Part shown: positions 61,084 to 64,000 of the stretch, one piece after another
Layout: every line of letters starts with the position of its first letter
How positions within the stretch are numbered: position 1 is the first letter of the stretch
Assembly (NCBI GenBank): GCA_024704765.1
Contig: JAKMXF010000299.1
Location: 1,092,863 to 1,156,862 of the forward strand
Direction of reading: 5' to 3'
DNA length: 64,000 nt
Source: Oopsacas minuta
Lineage: Eukaryota > Animalia > Porifera
The notes under the pieces: model-generated
Told to the model about the DNA's origin: nothing
What the model saw: the letters and a program-made list of their open reading frames with translations, nothing else
Databases searched by the model: none
Position numbers and translations under genes: made by a program

Positions 61084-63314
61084 CAGTGGTTTCAACCTTT
61101 TTCCAATCCCAGAACCCCTAAACATGTTGCGGCAACATGCGGCACCTTACCATCTCTATCTTCTTACACTCATACATTTCTACAAAGAACCATTATAACA
61201 AATTATTTATTAATGCAATTACTGAATAAATTCTAATAGTTTTTGCCATGTGAAACTTGCGCTGGTGATGTTTCAATATCTCTTTTATTCTAGGCCTGGT
61301 TGTCGATAAACGCACTCGCATCTCTTCCTCAACAGACAAAAGTCGTTCTCTTTTTATTGTTATTATAGCAGAGAATCCTAGTTCACAAATATATGTTGTC
61401 GAAACAGTAGCTGGATTCTTGGATCTTTTTTAGTATATTAGGGTATTCATTTCAATGGTGATCCATAATATATCGAGAGATACATCTGAATGTTTTTTTA
61501 AATCTTCTATCATGAAAACGTTCCGTTAATTCTTCTTCATCTCTAAGGGATAACTGTCCCACTCTGGATGGTAGTTTTCTAAATGGGTTTATGATCCGAT
61601 CAAATCATTCACTATCAATTCAGGAATAATGATCGATCATTTCCTGTAGAGTAGTCAGATGGTCCAAAATGAGAGGTAGGATTTCTTTCCATCTCCTCTG
61701 TTCAACAAGAGGAAACATCTCTAGATCGCTTTCTAAGTCACGGGATTTCCAGATTCCAATTTTTTGTTGAAGTGCACGAAGTTTGTCTGTAGATCTCAGG
61801 ACATTTTTCCGTTCTTCCCTGCTTGTTAGTGTTGAATTTGTTTAAGTGTTGAAATATATCAGCTAATTATGCTAACTTAGATCACCATGATTGACCACAA
61901 AGTAAGTTAGAAAATTCAATTAGATTTTCTGGCCAAAGAAAAGGAGCATTCTTCCCTGAATTCATAAACACGTGATAATACATTTCCTCTTGAAAGCCAT
62001 CGAACTTCTGTATTGTATCAGAGGCTTATGTGCCCCAAACCATAGATTTGCATAGTTTTGCAAATATACGTGATTTGAACGGTATTTGTCTTATGAAGTT
62101 CACCATTTTTATGACTTGATCCAAGACTATTTTCAAATCAACTCCAATCGTCTTAGCAATCAGGGCCTCTCGATACAGAATACAATGAGAAGCGTCAACA
62201 CTCGGATTCTCTTGTTTTACAAGTCACACAAATCATTTTAATGATCTGGCCATAGAGGGTGCACCATCAGTGCAAACCCCTACACATGTATCCCATGACA
62301 GATTCCAAGAATCCAGATAAGAAGTTAAAGTTTCGAAAATGTCCTGTCCTTTTTGTTGTTTCTGGCAGTTCTTTACAACAAAAAATTTGTTCAATTGTTG
62401 CCCATAGTCTATGAAACGAATGAAAGCTAGAAGCTGTGCTTTCCCACTGATATCTATAGATTCATACGCTTGAATTGCGAACTCACAACAGTCCAATTTA
62501 TCGATGACATTTGCTTCAATATCATTTGACATGTCGTTAATTCTCCTACTGATAGTATTATCAGAAAGTGGAATCTTATTGGTGTCCTCATAATTACTTG
62601 GCATGCAGGTAGAATTAGAGATTCAGCAATTGTGTGAGCCTTCATTTCTTTAGTAACTAGTTCTGCTACTAAATAACTAGCCTCTTAAGCTTTGTCACTA
62701 ACTGAAATCTTGATGTTTATAACCTTTGTTCTTCCCTCGGACTCTTGAAATACTCCACATTCTTATGTGCAAGATCGATGTGTTGTGTATCAAAATGTCG
62801 CTTTAGTTTTGTTGAAGACATGGAAGAATTTGAGAGCTTTTCTCCACAAACATTGCACTTAGGCAGAGGACATCTAATATCCCCAGTCCAACTAAAACCC
62901 ATGGCTAGATAACTATCATAATACTCACGGACTTTGCCTGGTTTACTTTGAATTCCTGTTTCATTGATTCTACTTAAGTTTAGGCCTGTACTTATCTCTT
63001 CATCACTAGAATTAGATAATGGGGGTTTTTAGAAAGGATCCATCTGATTAAAAATCCAACTGAGTTATATTTGACGATAAGAGATGATGTTGGAGGTAAC
63101 AGGTAAGATTATAATGAAGTTAATCTGAATGATGTATGTCCATTATCTAAAAATAACTATTTATATTTTCAAGTTGAGGAAAATCAAAAAGTTAATTGAG
63201 AATACATATATCTAGTATTATATTGATAACAATTTCAAAAGAGATTAAAATAATGCACATTCATCGATATATGAAAGAACCCCCTCCTAAACATTATCCG
63301 GTTGGGAACCACTG
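61084..63314 (-). mobile_element. hAT Buster (ZBED5/FAM200-like) element, degenerate
   Basis: TIRs CAGTGGTTTCAACC / GGTTGGGAACCACTG; perfect TSD GTCTATAT. Motifs PKCNVCGEKLSNSSM..KLKRHF...H, KAHTIAESLILPAC, IPLSDNTISRRI and GVCTDGAPSM. Confidence 0.93.
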
Positions 63315-63419
63315 GTCTATATTATAATCTTGCATCAACTTCGCATGCCTAAAATTCAAATATTAATCATGAGTTGCTTCGCTTTCTCTCGCTGTGCGGC
63401 TTTCGAACACTGTTCGCAT

Positions 63420-63945
63420 GTAACTCGGCACTTTGTACCTTGAATTTTGCAAAGTGAAGCAGTCCGATTAACATGAAAATTAGTATTCACACAAGGAAAG
63501 TAATTATATGCTTTTGAGTATGAAATCTAAATCAATTATTGAACTTATACTGTCAATATTCGTGACTCAACTAGCTAAATCTATTACATTGTTAATTTTA
63601 TTTGACGAATCATTTTAAAATCATTGAAAATCAAATAACTTTTTAGATATTAACAAGTCATTTAATAGTCAATATGGCCCACTGAAGGGTACCTGTCGTT
63701 CAAATTTCATACTTCGATCATGTACATTGGCTGAGCAGTGCCAATACTGTGAATTTTCTACAATCCTAAAACGGTGACAATTATCTCATAATTGTGATTT
63801 TTCGTCCAAGACTCGAACTTGACGGAGCCAGGCCAAAAATAGGCCAAAAATCACCTTGAGGATCTTACTCTTTTTTCAATTCATTGTGGACATACAAACA
63901 TATTCATACACATACTTTGATTAATCGCTTTTAAATACTATAGAT
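63420..63945 (+). repeat. Helitron-like repeat, near-complete copy
   Basis: TAACTCGGCACTTTGTACC 5' end; TTTTCGTCCAAGACTCGAAC block; CATACAAACATA tract; GATTAATCGCTTTTAAATACTATAGAT end. Confidence 0.55.
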
Positions 63946-64000
63946 AGATGCACTTGTTAACTTTGTTTGGATCATTATCTCTTTCTAGATTTTCCAATAT

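Noticed and set aside
1-64000. tRNA, rRNA, CRISPR or prokaryotic/viral genes
   Set aside because: None recognised on reading; most short ORFs in the track are TE fragments or chance frames.

Overview
AT-rich eukaryotic (metazoan-type) genomic DNA. It resembles a basal invertebrate such as a glass sponge, but that is an unverified impression. Two host genes are recognisable. CCDC93 (+) has three coding exons with matching splice phases and transposon-filled introns; its first exon was not found. TUBGCP4 (-) is intact and single-exon. The rest is mostly decayed and nested mobile DNA: Tc1/mariner (DD34D, DD37D, DD34E, DD37E), hAT Charlie/Buster elements and MITEs with perfect 8-bp TSDs, MULEs, a Gypsy remnant, a CR1/L2 LINE fragment, piggyBac-type MITEs and a Helitron-like interspersed repeat. 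The standout is a RAG1/Transib-like transposon family with five insertions: three degenerate coding copies and two ~0.9-kb non-autonomous copies. Its ends are RSS-heptamer-like (CACAGTG/CACAATG/CACTGTG) and one copy has a perfect 5-bp TSD. My manual reconstruction of its transposase includes a segment resembling the RAG1 nonamer-binding domain. No RAG2-like ORF is visible. All protein assignments come from manual translation and remembered motifs; no database search was run.
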